Shown here: positions 1 to 9,093 of the stretch, piece by piece
Layout of the letters: each line of letters starts with the position of its first letter
Numbering within the stretch: position 1 is the first letter of the stretch
Assembly (NCBI GenBank): GCA_963718605.1
Contig: OY970363.1
Coordinates: 834,257 to 898,256, forward strand
Origin: an uncultured Actinomycetes bacterium
GTDB taxonomy: Bacteria > Actinomycetota > Acidimicrobiia > Acidimicrobiales > JACCXE01
Length of the DNA: 64,000 bases
Reading direction: 5' to 3'
Translations under genes and position numbers: made by a program
The notes under the pieces: model-generated
Seen by the model: the letters and a program-made list of their open reading frames with translations, nothing else
Database searches by the model: none
Told to the model about the DNA's origin: nothing

Positions 1-207
1 GCTCAGCGTTGGCGATGGCGCTGTCGAGCAGCTTGCCGACGATGGTCGCAGCGTCGCGCTCGCAGAACTCGAGCACGTCACGGGCTGACTGCACGTCGAG
101 GCCGCGGATGAGGTCAAGCACGACGCGGACCTTGCTGGCCGAGCCGGGCGCGTTCCTCAACACGGCGCGCGTTCCCTCGCGCTCATTGGTCTTTGTCCCA
201 AACGCCA

Positions 208-208
<1 letters not shown>
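1..208 (-). CDS. rplV: 50S ribosomal protein L22, 5' part only (gene runs off the window start)
   Basis: Manual minus-strand translation from ATG at 208..206 gives MAFGTKTNEREGTRAVLRNAPGSASKVRVVLDLIRGLDVQSARDVLEFCERDAATIVGKLLDSAIANAE, L22-like. The start overlaps the rpsS stop by 1 nt (TAATG). Position after rpsS is as expected in the S10 operon. Confidence 0.85.
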
Positions 209-486
<278 letters not shown>

Positions 487-492
487 TTCGTA

Positions 493-1329
493 TTACCTCC
501 GCGCCCCGCGCCCACGGCGCCGGCGGATGATCATTGAGTCGGAATCCTTGCGACGGGCGCGGGTGCGTCCTTCGGGCTTGCCCCACGGCGAGACGGGATG
601 CCGTCCACCGGAGGTCTTTCCTTCGCCACCACCATGCGGATGGTCGACGGGGTTCATGGCGACGCCACGGGTCTGCGGGCGCTTGCCCAACCAGCGGCTG
701 CGGCCGGCCTTGCCCACCTTGATGAGCTCGAACTCGGAGTTACCGACTTCGCCCACCGTGGCCCGGCAATCGATCGGCACGCGGCGCATTTCCGAGGACG
801 GAAGACGCAGCGTGGCGAAGGCACCTTCACGAGCGACGAGCTGCACGCTCGAGCCAGCCGAGCGCGCCATCTTGCCGCCGGCGCCCGGGTAGAGCTCGAC
901 GTTGTGGATGACGGTACCGACCGGGATGTAGCGCATCGGCAACGCGTTGCCGACGCGGATCTCGGCGCCCTGACCACTCTGCACCGTCTCGCCGACCGTG
1001 AGGTTCTTCGGGGCGAGGATGTAGCGCTTCTCGCCGTCCGCGTAGTGGAGCAGCGCGATGCGGCAGTTGCGGTTCGGGTCGTATTCGATCGTGGCGACCT
1101 TGGCGGGCACGCCGTCCTTGTTCCGCTTGAAGTCAATCTTGCGGTACTGCTGCTTGTGGCCGCCGCCGCGGTGACGCGAGGTCTTGCGGCCGTAGCTGTT
1201 GCGCCCGCCGCTCTTGGGGGACGGCTCGAGCAGCGACTTCTCGGGCGTGGTCGACGTGACCTCTTTGAAGTCCGATACGGACATGAAGCGGCGCGCGGGG
1301 CTGGTGGGCTTGCGCTTACGAAGTGCCAT
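493..1329 (-). CDS. rplB: 50S ribosomal protein L2
   Basis: 278-aa ORF with L2 hallmarks ([41 protein letters not shown]). Confidence 0.98.
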   Translation of the reverse strand: MALRKRKPTSPARRFMSVSDFKEVTSTTPEKSLLEPSPKSGGRNSYGRKTSRHRGGGHKQQYRKIDFKRNKDGVPAKVATIEYDPNRNCRIALLHYADGEKRYILAPKNLTVGETVQSGQGAEIRVGNALPMRYIPVGTVIHNVELYPGAGGKMARSAGSSVQLVAREGAFATLRLPSSEMRRVPIDCRATVGEVGNSEFELIKVGKAGRSRWLGKRPQTRGVAMNPVDHPHGGGEGKTSGGRHPVSPWGKPEGRTRARRKDSDSMIIRRRRGRGARR

Positions 1330-1333
1330 TGCT

Positions 1334-1624
1334 TTAACCCTCGAACATTTCGATCCGGTCGTCGCCCTTGAGGGTGACGATGGCGCGCTTGGTGTCGGCG
1401 CGCTTGCCGTACGTGAAGCTCCGGCGATTGCGCTTGCGCTTGCCTTGACGGTTCAGCGTGTTCACCTTCTGGACGCGCACGTTGAAGATGGCCTGCACCG
1501 CATCGCGAATCTCAGGCTTCGACGCATCGGGGTGAACGATGAACGTGTAGACGCCGTTGTCGAGCAGCCCGTAGGACTTTTCCGACACAACCGGCTTGAT
1601 GATGACGTCGCGGGGGTCCCTCAT
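1334..1624 (-). CDS. rplW: 50S ribosomal protein L23
   Basis: 96-aa ORF ([11 protein letters not shown]...[24 protein letters not shown]). Position between rplD and rplB. Confidence 0.95.
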   Translation of the reverse strand: MRDPRDVIIKPVVSEKSYGLLDNGVYTFIVHPDASKPEIRDAVQAIFNVRVQKVNTLNRQGKRKRNRRSFTYGKRADTKRAIVTLKGDDRIEMFEG

Positions 1625-2340
1625 TCGGACGCCTCCTCACTGGTCGCGGCGGACTCGGTGGACGTAGAAGCCTCTTCGTCTCCTCCGACCGCGGGGCTTG
1701 AAGTCTCCTCCGACGAAGAGGCCTCCACCTCCGCAGTTCGAGGAAGGGTCTCTTGCGTGAACACGATCCAGTCGTTGTTCAGCACGTCGTAGGTGTTGAG
1801 CTCGCCGTGGAGCATCACTTGTACCTCGGGGAGGTTGCGGAACGACTTGAACGCGTCCTCGTCCTCACGACCGATCACGACCAGCACGTGGTCCGAAACG
1901 CCGAGCGCGTTGAGCGCCGCGACGGCGGCCTTCGTGGACGGCTTTTCGAAGTTCCAGTTGTCGACCACGACGATGCGGCCCTCGTTGGCCCGGTCTGACA
2001 GGGCGCTCTTGAGCGCGAGCGCGATCATTTTCTTCGGCGTCTTCTGCTCGTAGCTGCGGGGCTTGGGGCCCAGCGCCTTACCGCCGCCGGCCCAGTGCGG
2101 TGCACGGGTAGAACCCTGGCGGGCTCGGCCGGTGCCTTTCTGGCGCCATGGCTTCTTGCCGCCGCCGCGGACTTCGGCGCGGGTGAGCGTGGACTGGGTG
2201 CCAGCGCGCGCCGCCGCGAGCTGCGCAGTGACCACTTGGTGCATGACCGGCACGTTGGGCTGCACGGCGAAGATCGAGTCAGCCAGGGTGACGGATCCGG
2301 CGGTGCCGCCGGTGACGGTGCGAACAGAAATGTCAGGCAT
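1621..2340 (-). CDS. rplD: 50S ribosomal protein L4 with Ser/Glu-rich acidic C-terminal tail
   Basis: 239-aa ORF with the L4 core ([39 protein letters not shown]). About 40 aa of extra acidic low-complexity sequence at the C-terminus. 4-nt overlap with rplW. Confidence 0.95.
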   Translation of the reverse strand: MPDISVRTVTGGTAGSVTLADSIFAVQPNVPVMHQVVTAQLAAARAGTQSTLTRAEVRGGGKKPWRQKGTGRARQGSTRAPHWAGGGKALGPKPRSYEQKTPKKMIALALKSALSDRANEGRIVVVDNWNFEKPSTKAAVAALNALGVSDHVLVVIGREDEDAFKSFRNLPEVQVMLHGELNTYDVLNNDWIVFTQETLPRTAEVEASSSEETSSPAVGGDEEASTSTESAATSEEASE

Positions 2341-2982
2341 TTACTTCTGCTTCCGGACTGCGTTGCGAATAAGTACGAGGCCGCCGCGCGGGCCGGGAAC
2401 ATTGCCCTTGACCAGCAACAACTCGCGCTCGGCGTCGGCCTGAATGACTTCGAGGTTCAGCGTGGTGACTTGTTCGCCACCCATGCGACCCGCCATCTTC
2501 GTGCCCTTGAACACGCGCGACGGCGTGGCGCAGGCGCCGATGGAGCCGGGAGCACGATGCTTCTTGTGGTTACCGTGCGTCGCCTTCTGGCCCTTGAAGT
2601 TGTGGCGCTTCATGCCGCCGGCGAAGCCTTTGCCCTTGCTCACCGCCGTAGCGTCGATTTTCTCACCGGCCTCGAGCACGTCGACACCAATGGAGTCGCC
2701 GACGTTGTAGGAACCCGCATCGTCGATGCGAAGTTCGATGAGCCGCTTGCCCGGGTCCACGCCGGCCTTGGCGAAATGGCCGGTCTCGGGCTTGTTAACC
2801 CGGGAGGCCTTCACCTGGCCGAACGTGACCTGAACCGCGCTATAGCCGTCACGGTCGGACGTCTTGACCTGCACGACACGGGCGGGGACGACGCGAAGCA
2901 CGGTCACCGGTACCAACCGGTGCTGCTCATCCCAAACCTGCGTCATACCGACCTTTTCGCCGATGATCGCTTTGGTTGCCAT
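2341..2982 (-). CDS. rplC: 50S ribosomal protein L3
   Basis: The ORF track gives 2341..3033. The L3-like N-terminus [17 protein letters not shown] starts at the internal ATG 2982..2980, so I trimmed to it. Rest of the protein is typical L3 ([16 protein letters not shown]). Confidence 0.93.
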   Translation of the reverse strand: MATKAIIGEKVGMTQVWDEQHRLVPVTVLRVVPARVVQVKTSDRDGYSAVQVTFGQVKASRVNKPETGHFAKAGVDPGKRLIELRIDDAGSYNVGDSIGVDVLEAGEKIDATAVSKGKGFAGGMKRHNFKGQKATHGNHKKHRAPGSIGACATPSRVFKGTKMAGRMGGEQVTTLNLEVIQADAERELLLVKGNVPGPRGGLVLIRNAVRKQK

Positions 2983-3126
2983 TGCTCGGACCTTGTCTCT
3001 TCTCACGCGGACGCTCCGCCCGGGCATGCCCAAGCGGAGCGCTAATTACGTTGCGCCACGGGGTTCCCGATTGCTTTCTCACGAGGAGAAACGGGCGCCC
3101 GCGGACATCGATTTGCGAACCGGACG

Positions 3127-3155
3127 AGATTAGCGGTTCTGCGGGCCCTTGTCGA
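3127..3155 (-). promoter_or_regulatory. Candidate sigma-70-type promoter for the rplC-rplV operon
   Basis: Minus strand reads TCGACA (3155..3150), a 17-nt spacer, then TAATCT (3132..3127). It lies in the 132-nt gap between the upstream oxidoreductase stop and rplC. Sequence pattern only. Confidence 0.3.
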
Positions 3156-3165
3156 AAGCGATGAA

Positions 3166-4047
3166 TCAGCCCCTGAGCTGGGACTCGGCGTGGCTCAGGA
3201 TTCGCTGGAGGTGCAGGCCGCGGTGGATATCTGGGGCATTTGTGGGCTTTCGGGCTGCCGCGGCCGCTAGCGCGGCGGGAACGTTGGCCATCGACGTGGC
3301 GTCGGCGACGGTGCCGCAGTTGAGCGACGCCGACCCCTTCTCGGCGTACACCTCGATGCCGGACACACTTCCGACCCCGGCCGTGGCGCACAGGTCGACG
3401 CTGCTGGTGGCGCCGCTTTCGTGTTCGAGCAGCAGTGAAACCCATCCGAGTGGATCTCCGCTCGCTTTCACGCCAACCACCGGGCCCATCGCGGCGTCCA
3501 CCAGGTCCACGACGTGGGGCCCGAGGTCGAGCAGCGGCCCCCGTTCGAGGCGCCACGGAGTGGCAAAGGGGCTGTCGCCGAGCAACGCGCCCGAAACCAT
3601 CATCGCCCGTCCTCCCAGCAGCGGGCCAAGGGCGTGAGCCTGAGAGATGAAGTCGTCGGTGGCCTGGGCGTAGCGCCAGGACAGCAACACGACGGTGCCG
3701 ACCCCGGCCTCGCCCACCGCGGCTACGAGCCTCTCGGCCGCGGCGAGCTCGAGGGCGATCGGCTTCTCGAGCAGCAGCGCTTTGCCGGCTTTCGCCGCGG
3801 TCACGCCCAACTCGGCTTGCACATTCGGTGGCACGCAGAACGCCACCGCATCGCATTGATCGAGCAGTGCCTCGAATGATTCCGCGACCGCCGCGTTGTT
3901 GCGCTGCGCGGTTTTCTGGGCCGCGTCGGGCCGGCGAGCCCATACGGCCGTGAGCGTTGTATGAGCGCTGTTCGCCAAAACCGGGCCGTGGACCATGTTG
4001 GCCCAGGGGCCCGCGCCCACGAGACCGACCTTCAGGCGTTCGCTCAC
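3166..4047 (-). CDS. Gfo/Idh/MocA-family NAD(P)-dependent oxidoreductase
   Basis: Rossmann N-terminus KVGLVGAGPWANMVHGP and an EKP motif (LLLEKPIAL). I place the start at GTG 4047..4045, overlapping the upstream stop (GTGA). The 431-aa track ORF extends upstream with an Arg-rich non-coding-looking sequence. Confidence 0.8.
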   Translation of the reverse strand: MSERLKVGLVGAGPWANMVHGPVLANSAHTTLTAVWARRPDAAQKTAQRNNAAVAESFEALLDQCDAVAFCVPPNVQAELGVTAAKAGKALLLEKPIALELAAAERLVAAVGEAGVGTVVLLSWRYAQATDDFISQAHALGPLLGGRAMMVSGALLGDSPFATPWRLERGPLLDLGPHVVDLVDAAMGPVVGVKASGDPLGWVSLLLEHESGATSSVDLCATAGVGSVSGIEVYAEKGSASLNCGTVADATSMANVPAALAAAAARKPTNAPDIHRGLHLQRILSHAESQLRG

Positions 4048-4661
4048 TCGCTCATCATGTGCCGGAACGTGACGCTTATGCGCGGCCCGGACTCTTTGGT
4101 CTTGGGCACGCAGTGTTCCCACTGTCGCTGCATGAGTCCGCCAGTGACCATCAGGTCGCCGTTCGCCGGCTCGAACTTGACGGACGGACCGCCGCCGTGG
4201 GGCCGCACCAGAAATCGACGTTGCGCCCCGAGGGTGAGGATCGCCACGAACGGATAGGGGTTCCGGGCCGGAATCCGGTCGCGGTGCCAGGCCACCGAGT
4301 CGCGGCCGTCGCGGTAGAGGTTCAACCAGCCGGAGTTGAAGGCAAACCCGTAGCGCCGGCTCAGCGCCGAGCGGGCCTTCAGTAACACCGGTACTACCTC
4401 GGCCACGCGCGCGGCCTTCCACCCCGTGGTCAGCCGCGGCTCGGCCACCTTGTTGCCCCACATGACGCGGTCGTGCTGCGTCCAGGGCGCGTGCTCGACG
4501 AGCGCCGCGAACACCTCATCAGCGCCGGTCAACCATCCGGGGACGACGTCGACCCACGACGCGTCGTCGAGTTCGTGGCGGACCAAGCCCTTGAACTCGT
4601 GATCGATCGCAGGTTCAGAAGTGGCGAGCAACGAGGTCTGCCACGCGAGGTCGACTGCCAT
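4044..4661 (-). CDS. AlkB-like 2OG-Fe(II) dioxygenase
   Basis: 205-aa ORF with an HxD...H facial triad context (AWHRDRIP, WEHCVPK) and an RISVTFR C-terminal motif typical of AlkB-family dioxygenases. Confidence 0.75.
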   Translation of the reverse strand: MAVDLAWQTSLLATSEPAIDHEFKGLVRHELDDASWVDVVPGWLTGADEVFAALVEHAPWTQHDRVMWGNKVAEPRLTTGWKAARVAEVVPVLLKARSALSRRYGFAFNSGWLNLYRDGRDSVAWHRDRIPARNPYPFVAILTLGAQRRFLVRPHGGGPSVKFEPANGDLMVTGGLMQRQWEHCVPKTKESGPRISVTFRHMMSE

Positions 4662-4694
4662 CCCGCGACGGTATCCGAACTTACGTTCGAGTGT

Positions 4695-5540
4695 CTAGGC
4701 CCCGATGACGTCCAGCACCCGGGCAAAGCGTGCGACCTCGTCCGGGTTGAACTGCATGCCGATGGTGAGGGCCTGGAAGCCACACAGCAACCGGAACGCA
4801 CAGGCTCGGGCGATATCGGCGGCCGCCACCTCGTCGAGCAAGGCCTCCTCGCCACCGAACCACGCGACGGCTTCGACGGCGATCTGCGCGTCGACTGAGG
4901 CCGCGCTGCGCCAACCGGGCGAGACGTCGATGAGCGCGATCGTGTCGACGCCCGCGCCGACCAGGGTGTTGCCGGCGACGTCGCCGTGGACCACTTGGCA
5001 CTGCGCCTCCTCAGCCGCGTTGAGCGGAGGACCGGCGGCGCGCGCCCGCTCCCACTCAGCCCACTCGGGCACGTCGTAGATCGCTTGCTCCGGCAGCGGT
5101 GCCCCGTGCCACACGGTGCGCTCGGACCGCGCCCAGCGGTGCGAGCGCGGTTCGAGCCACTCGGGCTGCGCGCGCAAGCCGGCGCGTTCGGCCGCCCGCG
5201 GCAACTCGGTGTGGAACGCGCGCGCGGCGTCGATTACGTCACGCCAGCGATCCAAGCAGTGGTCACCCTCGATCCAGTGCCACGCGGTCCAGCCGTTGTA
5301 CAGCCACGCGCCGTTCGTGGCGCGTACCGGCTTGGCGACGCGAAACCCGCGCTCGTCGATCGTGTTGAGCGCGGTCGCAACCCAGTCCCCCTCGCCGGGG
5401 TTGGGTTCTTGCACGGGCTTGAGCACGACGTCGCCCACGCGCCAGACCGTTTGGCTGATGCCGCCCTTCAGATGGCGTGGCTCGCCTCGCAGCCCGAACG
5501 CCGCGAGCACCATGGGCGCCGGCGGTGTCGGTTCGGTCAT
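4695..5540 (-). CDS. APH/choline-kinase-fold phosphotransferase family protein
   Basis: 281 aa. Catalytic-loop-like VVHGDVAGNTLV followed by IALIDVSPGW (the HGDxxxxN...D pattern of the APH fold). ATGA overlap with the upstream P-loop gene. Confidence 0.65.
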   Translation of the reverse strand: MTEPTPPAPMVLAAFGLRGEPRHLKGGISQTVWRVGDVVLKPVQEPNPGEGDWVATALNTIDERGFRVAKPVRATNGAWLYNGWTAWHWIEGDHCLDRWRDVIDAARAFHTELPRAAERAGLRAQPEWLEPRSHRWARSERTVWHGAPLPEQAIYDVPEWAEWERARAAGPPLNAAEEAQCQVVHGDVAGNTLVGAGVDTIALIDVSPGWRSAASVDAQIAVEAVAWFGGEEALLDEVAAADIARACAFRLLCGFQALTIGMQFNPDEVARFARVLDVIGA

Positions 5541-6079
5541 ATGCGAAAGCGGTTTTCGACCAGTCCGTCGATCACCGCGGCCAGCGTTTCGTCTTCTGTG
5601 TGCATCGAGTTGTTCAACACGTGCCGCTCATACACGCCGAGCGCCGCGAACTCGTCGTACATCTTCGCAATCGGAATCGGATCGTTCATGTCCGGCTCGG
5701 GACGGGCGGTGCCGCGTGCGAACGCGGCTTCACGCGACGGCCGGATCACTACGTAATGCACCGGCGCGTCAAACGCGTTGCGAAAGCGGTCGAGAAACCA
5801 GGGCCCGACGATGCCGTCGACAATCACCACGTAGCCGCCACGCGCGTAGGCACCTGCGGCCGCGCCGAGCGCGTCGATCACGGTTTCGTTCTGCTTCGCC
5901 GACGCCGGCTCCCACGGAGGGATCCAGCCGCTCTTTACGTACTGGAAAAAGGCATCACCGTCGATGAGCACGCCCAGCGGCGCGGCTTCCACCACGCGTC
6001 GCACTGTGGTCGACTTGCCCGCGCCCGGTGGCCCGGTCACCACGACGACGTGGCCGGCGAGCGGCTCGAGTTGCATCAT
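5537..6079 (-). CDS. P-loop NTPase / small-molecule-kinase-like protein
   Basis: Walker A VVVTGPPGAGKSTT close to the N-terminus when started at ATG 6079 (MMQLEPLAGH...). That ATG overlaps the arsR stop (ATGA). The longer track ORF (to 6247) would run antisense through arsR. Confidence 0.7.
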   Translation of the reverse strand: MMQLEPLAGHVVVVTGPPGAGKSTTVRRVVEAAPLGVLIDGDAFFQYVKSGWIPPWEPASAKQNETVIDALGAAAGAYARGGYVVIVDGIVGPWFLDRFRNAFDAPVHYVVIRPSREAAFARGTARPEPDMNDPIPIAKMYDEFAALGVYERHVLNNSMHTEDETLAAVIDGLVENRFRI

Positions 6080-6411
6080 CGTGCCGGGCTGAGCGCGTCG
6101 CGCAACGCCGCGAGACGCGCGGGCACGACAGTGCACATAACCCAGCGACCCGACTTCTCTTTCGTGATCAGGCCGGCCTCGGCGAGGATCGAAAGATGAT
6201 GCGACACCGTTGACTGGCTCTTGTCGACCGGTTCTTCCAGATCGCAACTACACGCGGTGCAGTCCTGCGCGTTCGCGATGAGCGATAGAAGGCGGAGTCG
6301 TACGGGATCGGCCAGCGCCTTGAAGCCGGCAGCCAATTGCACCGCATCGCCTTCGCTGAGCGGTTCGCTCAGCAGTTGCGAGCAGCAATCTTGGGCGACG
6401 GTGATTGGCAT
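6076..6411 (-). CDS. arsR: ArsR/SmtB-family metalloregulator
   Basis: 111 aa. Winged-HTH core ALADPVRLRLLSLI...CSCDL...SQSTVSHHLSILAEAGLI. AAGGAG Shine-Dalgarno 6 nt upstream. Divergent from the ars structural genes. Confidence 0.85.
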   Translation of the reverse strand: MPITVAQDCCSQLLSEPLSEGDAVQLAAGFKALADPVRLRLLSLIANAQDCTACSCDLEEPVDKSQSTVSHHLSILAEAGLITKEKSGRWVMCTVVPARLAALRDALSPAR

Positions 6412-6421
6412 TAACTTCTCC

Positions 6422-6469
6422 TTGACACGTATCGATGTTCATCGATACATTGACGTTCTTCGATACATT
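6422..6469. promoter_or_regulatory. arsR/arsI divergent control region: candidate promoter overlapped by an inverted repeat plus a third half-site
   Basis: TTGACA (6422..6427), 18 nt, TACATT (6446..6451) on the plus strand. Perfect inverted repeat GTATCGAT-gttc-ATCGATAC (6429..6448). TCGATACATT recurs at 6460..6469. AGGAGG SD precedes the arsI ATG. Confidence 0.4.
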
Positions 6470-6484
6470 ACAGGAGGAACCGCA

Positions 6485-6874
6485 ATGTCGCGAGTGCAAT
6501 TGGCCTTGAACGTGTCAGACATCGACGAGGCCGTCGAGTTCTATTCGAAACTGTTTCAGGCGGAGCCGAACAAGCGCCGCGACGGATACGCGAACTTCGC
6601 TATCGAGTCGCCGCCGCTCAAGCTCGTTCTCATCGAGAATCCCGACGCGGCCGGTTCGCTAAACCACCTCGGCGTCGAGGTGTTCTCCACCGACGAAGTG
6701 ACCGCGGCCTCCGCGCGCTTCGCGAGCGAGGGTTTTGAAACTGCGAACGAGGATGGCGTCAGCTGTTGCTTCGCCGTGCAGGACAAGGTGTGGGTCGAAG
6801 GACCGGACAACCGCGCGTGGGAGATCTACACGGTGCTCGCCGACACCGAGACGCCAGCGGCCTGCTGCACCTAG
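6485..6874 (+). CDS. arsI: Glyoxalase/VOC-fold ArsI/CadI-like protein (candidate C-As lyase)
   Basis: 129 aa from ATG 6485 (MSRVQLALNVSDIDEAVEFY...). Vicinal Cys pair (VSCCFAV) and His/Glu metal-ligand contexts (HLGVEV, WEIY). Located in an ars cluster. Confidence 0.75.
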   Translation: MSRVQLALNVSDIDEAVEFYSKLFQAEPNKRRDGYANFAIESPPLKLVLIENPDAAGSLNHLGVEVFSTDEVTAASARFASEGFETANEDGVSCCFAVQDKVWVEGPDNRAWEIYTVLADTETPAACCT

Positions 6875-7570
6875 GTGACGCGACGACATGAACGTGCGCC
6901 CGCGCTCCTCGCCGAAGGCGTGGGCACAGGTCTCCTGGTAGCGATCGTCGTTGGCTCCGGGATCTTCGCTGCGCGCCTGAGCCCGCACGATGTCGGCTTG
7001 CAGCTGCTCGAGAACTCGACGGCGACCGGCGCCGGGCTCATGGCGTTGATCCTTACCTTCGGCCATGTCTCAGGTGCGCACTTCAACCCTGTCGTGACCC
7101 TGGTCGAACGGCTGCACGGCCGGCTCAGTACCGGCGACGCATTCGCGTATGTCGGCGCGCAGCTCGCGGGCGGCGCACTCGGCGCGATCGTTGCCAACCT
7201 GATGTTCGACCTGCGCGCGATAGATCTGTCGACGCACGCTCGTGCGTCCGGTTCGCTCTGGCTTGCCGAAGTCGTCGCGACGTTCGGCCTCCTCGTGGTC
7301 ATCGCCGGCGTCAGTCGTTCCGATCGCCACGACCGGGCCGCGTTCGCGGTCGGGGGCTACATCGCCGCGGCCTACTGGTTCACGTCGTCAACCTCGTTCG
7401 CCAACCCGGCAGTCACGATCGCGCGCACACTGACGAACACCTTCTCCGGCATCCGGCCGTCCTCGGCACCGGCGTTCGTCGGCGCGCAGGTCGTCGGGGC
7501 GCTGCTGGCGGCCGCGTTCACCGCGGTGGTCTTTCGTTCGACTTCCGTCGATGAGCTGGAGCCAGTGTGA
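6875..7570 (+). CDS. aqpS: MIP-family aquaglyceroporin (AqpS-like arsenite channel)
   Basis: 231 aa. Two NPx signature loops (HFNPVVT and ANPAVTIAR). GTG start directly after the arsI stop. GTGA overlap with arsC. Confidence 0.85.
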   Translation: MTRRHERAPALLAEGVGTGLLVAIVVGSGIFAARLSPHDVGLQLLENSTATGAGLMALILTFGHVSGAHFNPVVTLVERLHGRLSTGDAFAYVGAQLAGGALGAIVANLMFDLRAIDLSTHARASGSLWLAEVVATFGLLVVIAGVSRSDRHDRAAFAVGGYIAAAYWFTSSTSFANPAVTIARTLTNTFSGIRPSSAPAFVGAQVVGALLAAAFTAVVFRSTSVDELEPV

Positions 7571-7959
7571 GTAAGCCGGTCGTGTTGTTTCTCTGCATCC
7601 ACAACGCCGGACGTTCGCAGATGGCGCTCGGGTTCTTCGAGCACCTGGCCGACGGGGGCGCCGTTGGCTATTCGGGCGGCAGCGAGCCAGCCGCGAGTGT
7701 GAACCCGGCGGCGATCGCGGCCATGGCCGAGGTTGGCATCGACATCGCGTCTAACGAGCCGCGCCGTTGGTCTGACGCGGACTTCGAGGCGGCCGACGTC
7801 GTGATCACGATGGGGTGCGGCGACACCTGTACCTATGTGCCGGGGAAGCGGTATGAAGACTGGCCCCTGGATGACCCAGCCGGTCAGGGCGTGGAGGCCG
7901 TGCGTCCTATCCGCGACGACATCGAAGCGCGCGTCAAGGACCTGTTGACGCGTCTTTAG
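7567..7959 (+). CDS. arsC: LMW-PTP-type arsenate reductase
   Basis: 130 aa. CX5R P-loop LCIHNAGRSQMA plus a downstream Cys pair (GCGDTC) typical of thiol-coupled ArsC. Confidence 0.9.
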   Translation: MSKPVVLFLCIHNAGRSQMALGFFEHLADGGAVGYSGGSEPAASVNPAAIAAMAEVGIDIASNEPRRWSDADFEAADVVITMGCGDTCTYVPGKRYEDWPLDDPAGQGVEAVRPIRDDIEARVKDLLTRL

Positions 7960-7976
7960 GGCAGCGGCGGACCGCG

Positions 7977-8153
7977 CTACTTGTCTTCGACTTTGTTGAC
8001 GTGGGCCTCGTGGGTGCGGATCTCGCGGTTGTTCTTGCCAAGGGAGACCGTGATCTCGTCACCGATCACGTCCTTGTCGACAATGACTCCCCACTCGCCC
8101 TTGAAGTCACCTTCATTGATGAGGACCTTGTCGCCTTTTTTGAATCGACTCAT
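7977..8153 (-). CDS. Small (58 aa) hypothetical protein, SH3/KOW-like pattern; absent from the ORF track (below its length cutoff)
   Basis: My translation: MSRFKKGDKVLINEGDFKGEWGVIVDKDVIGDEITVSLGKNNREIRTHEAHVNKVEDK. Clean ATG..TAG ORF in an otherwise unassigned gap. No family recognised with certainty. Confidence 0.4.
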   Translation of the reverse strand: MSRFKKGDKVLINEGDFKGEWGVIVDKDVIGDEITVSLGKNNREIRTHEAHVNKVEDK

Positions 8154-8209
8154 GCGCCGACCGTAATTCGCTCGACGGCGGGCGCATCCGGAAGTGGACT
8201 GCGGCGCTG

Positions 8210-9084
8210 ATGCCAGCGAAGCGCCACGAGAACGAAGTCGACGTCGACGAGCCCCTTGTACGCCGACTCCTCGACGAACAGTTCCCGCAGTGGCACGACC
8301 TGCCGTTAACCATCGTCGAGCCGTCGGGCACCGACCACACGATCTTCCGTCTCGGGAGCGACATGGTCGTTCGCATGCCGATCATCGACCACGCGACGAC
8401 GCAGGCCGAGAAGGTTGGTTGCCGATCCTCGCACCGCACCTGCCGCTTGAGGTTCCGGTTCCCATCGCCATGGGTGCGCCGGGAGCGGGTTACCCGTTCA
8501 AGTGGTCGATCGTGCCGTGGATCGAGGGCGAGCGCGCGACTAGAGACAACATCGACTTGCACCAAGCGGCGCTGGACTTGGCCGCGTTTGTGCGGGCGCT
8601 TCACACGATCGAGGCGACCGACGGGCCCGGCGCCGGCAGGCACACCGGCTTTCGCGGCAAATCGATCCGGCCCGGGGCGGACCTCGTGCGAGAGTCGGCG
8701 AAGCGCGTCGAGGGCTACGACACGACCGCAGCGATCGCCGCGTGGGACGAAGCGGTCGCAGCAGACGAATGGAGCGGACCCCCGCGTTGGTTCCACGGCG
8801 ACCTCACGTGGAACTTGATCGCGCGCGACGGCCGGCTGGTCGGGGTGATCGACTCCGGTTACGGAACCGGCGACCCGGCGTGCGACTTGGCCGCGGGATG
8901 GGTGCTGTTCACGGGCGAGGACCGCGCCACCTTCTTCGACGCCGTCGGGCTCGACGACGCCTCGCGGTTGCGCGGCCGGGGCTGGGCCATCGGGCCGGCC
9001 ATGACGGGCCTTTGGTACTACCGCTACGTCCCGCATCTGCTGGCCAACGGGCAGCTTGTCGTCAGGAACGCACTGGCCGACTAA
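8210..9084 (+). pseudogene. Aminoglycoside/antibiotic phosphotransferase (APH) family gene interrupted by a frameshift near 8408..8421
   Basis: The N-terminal 65 aa (MPAKRHENEVDVDEPLVRRLLDEQFPQW...ATTQAEK) are in one frame. The rest (GWLPILAPHLPLEVPVP...WFHGDLTWNLIARDGRLVGVIDSGYGTGDP...) is in the -1 frame. Together they make one APH-fold protein. Confidence 0.6.
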
Positions 9085-9093
9085 AACACCGAC

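Noticed and set aside
2927-3943. 338-aa Arg/Gly-rich minus-strand ORF overlapping the rplC start and the oxidoreductase gene
   Set aside because: It is an alternative frame of the Gfo/Idh/MocA gene and would run through the rplC promoter region. Its composition (RGRG-rich) is typical of an off-frame high-GC translation.
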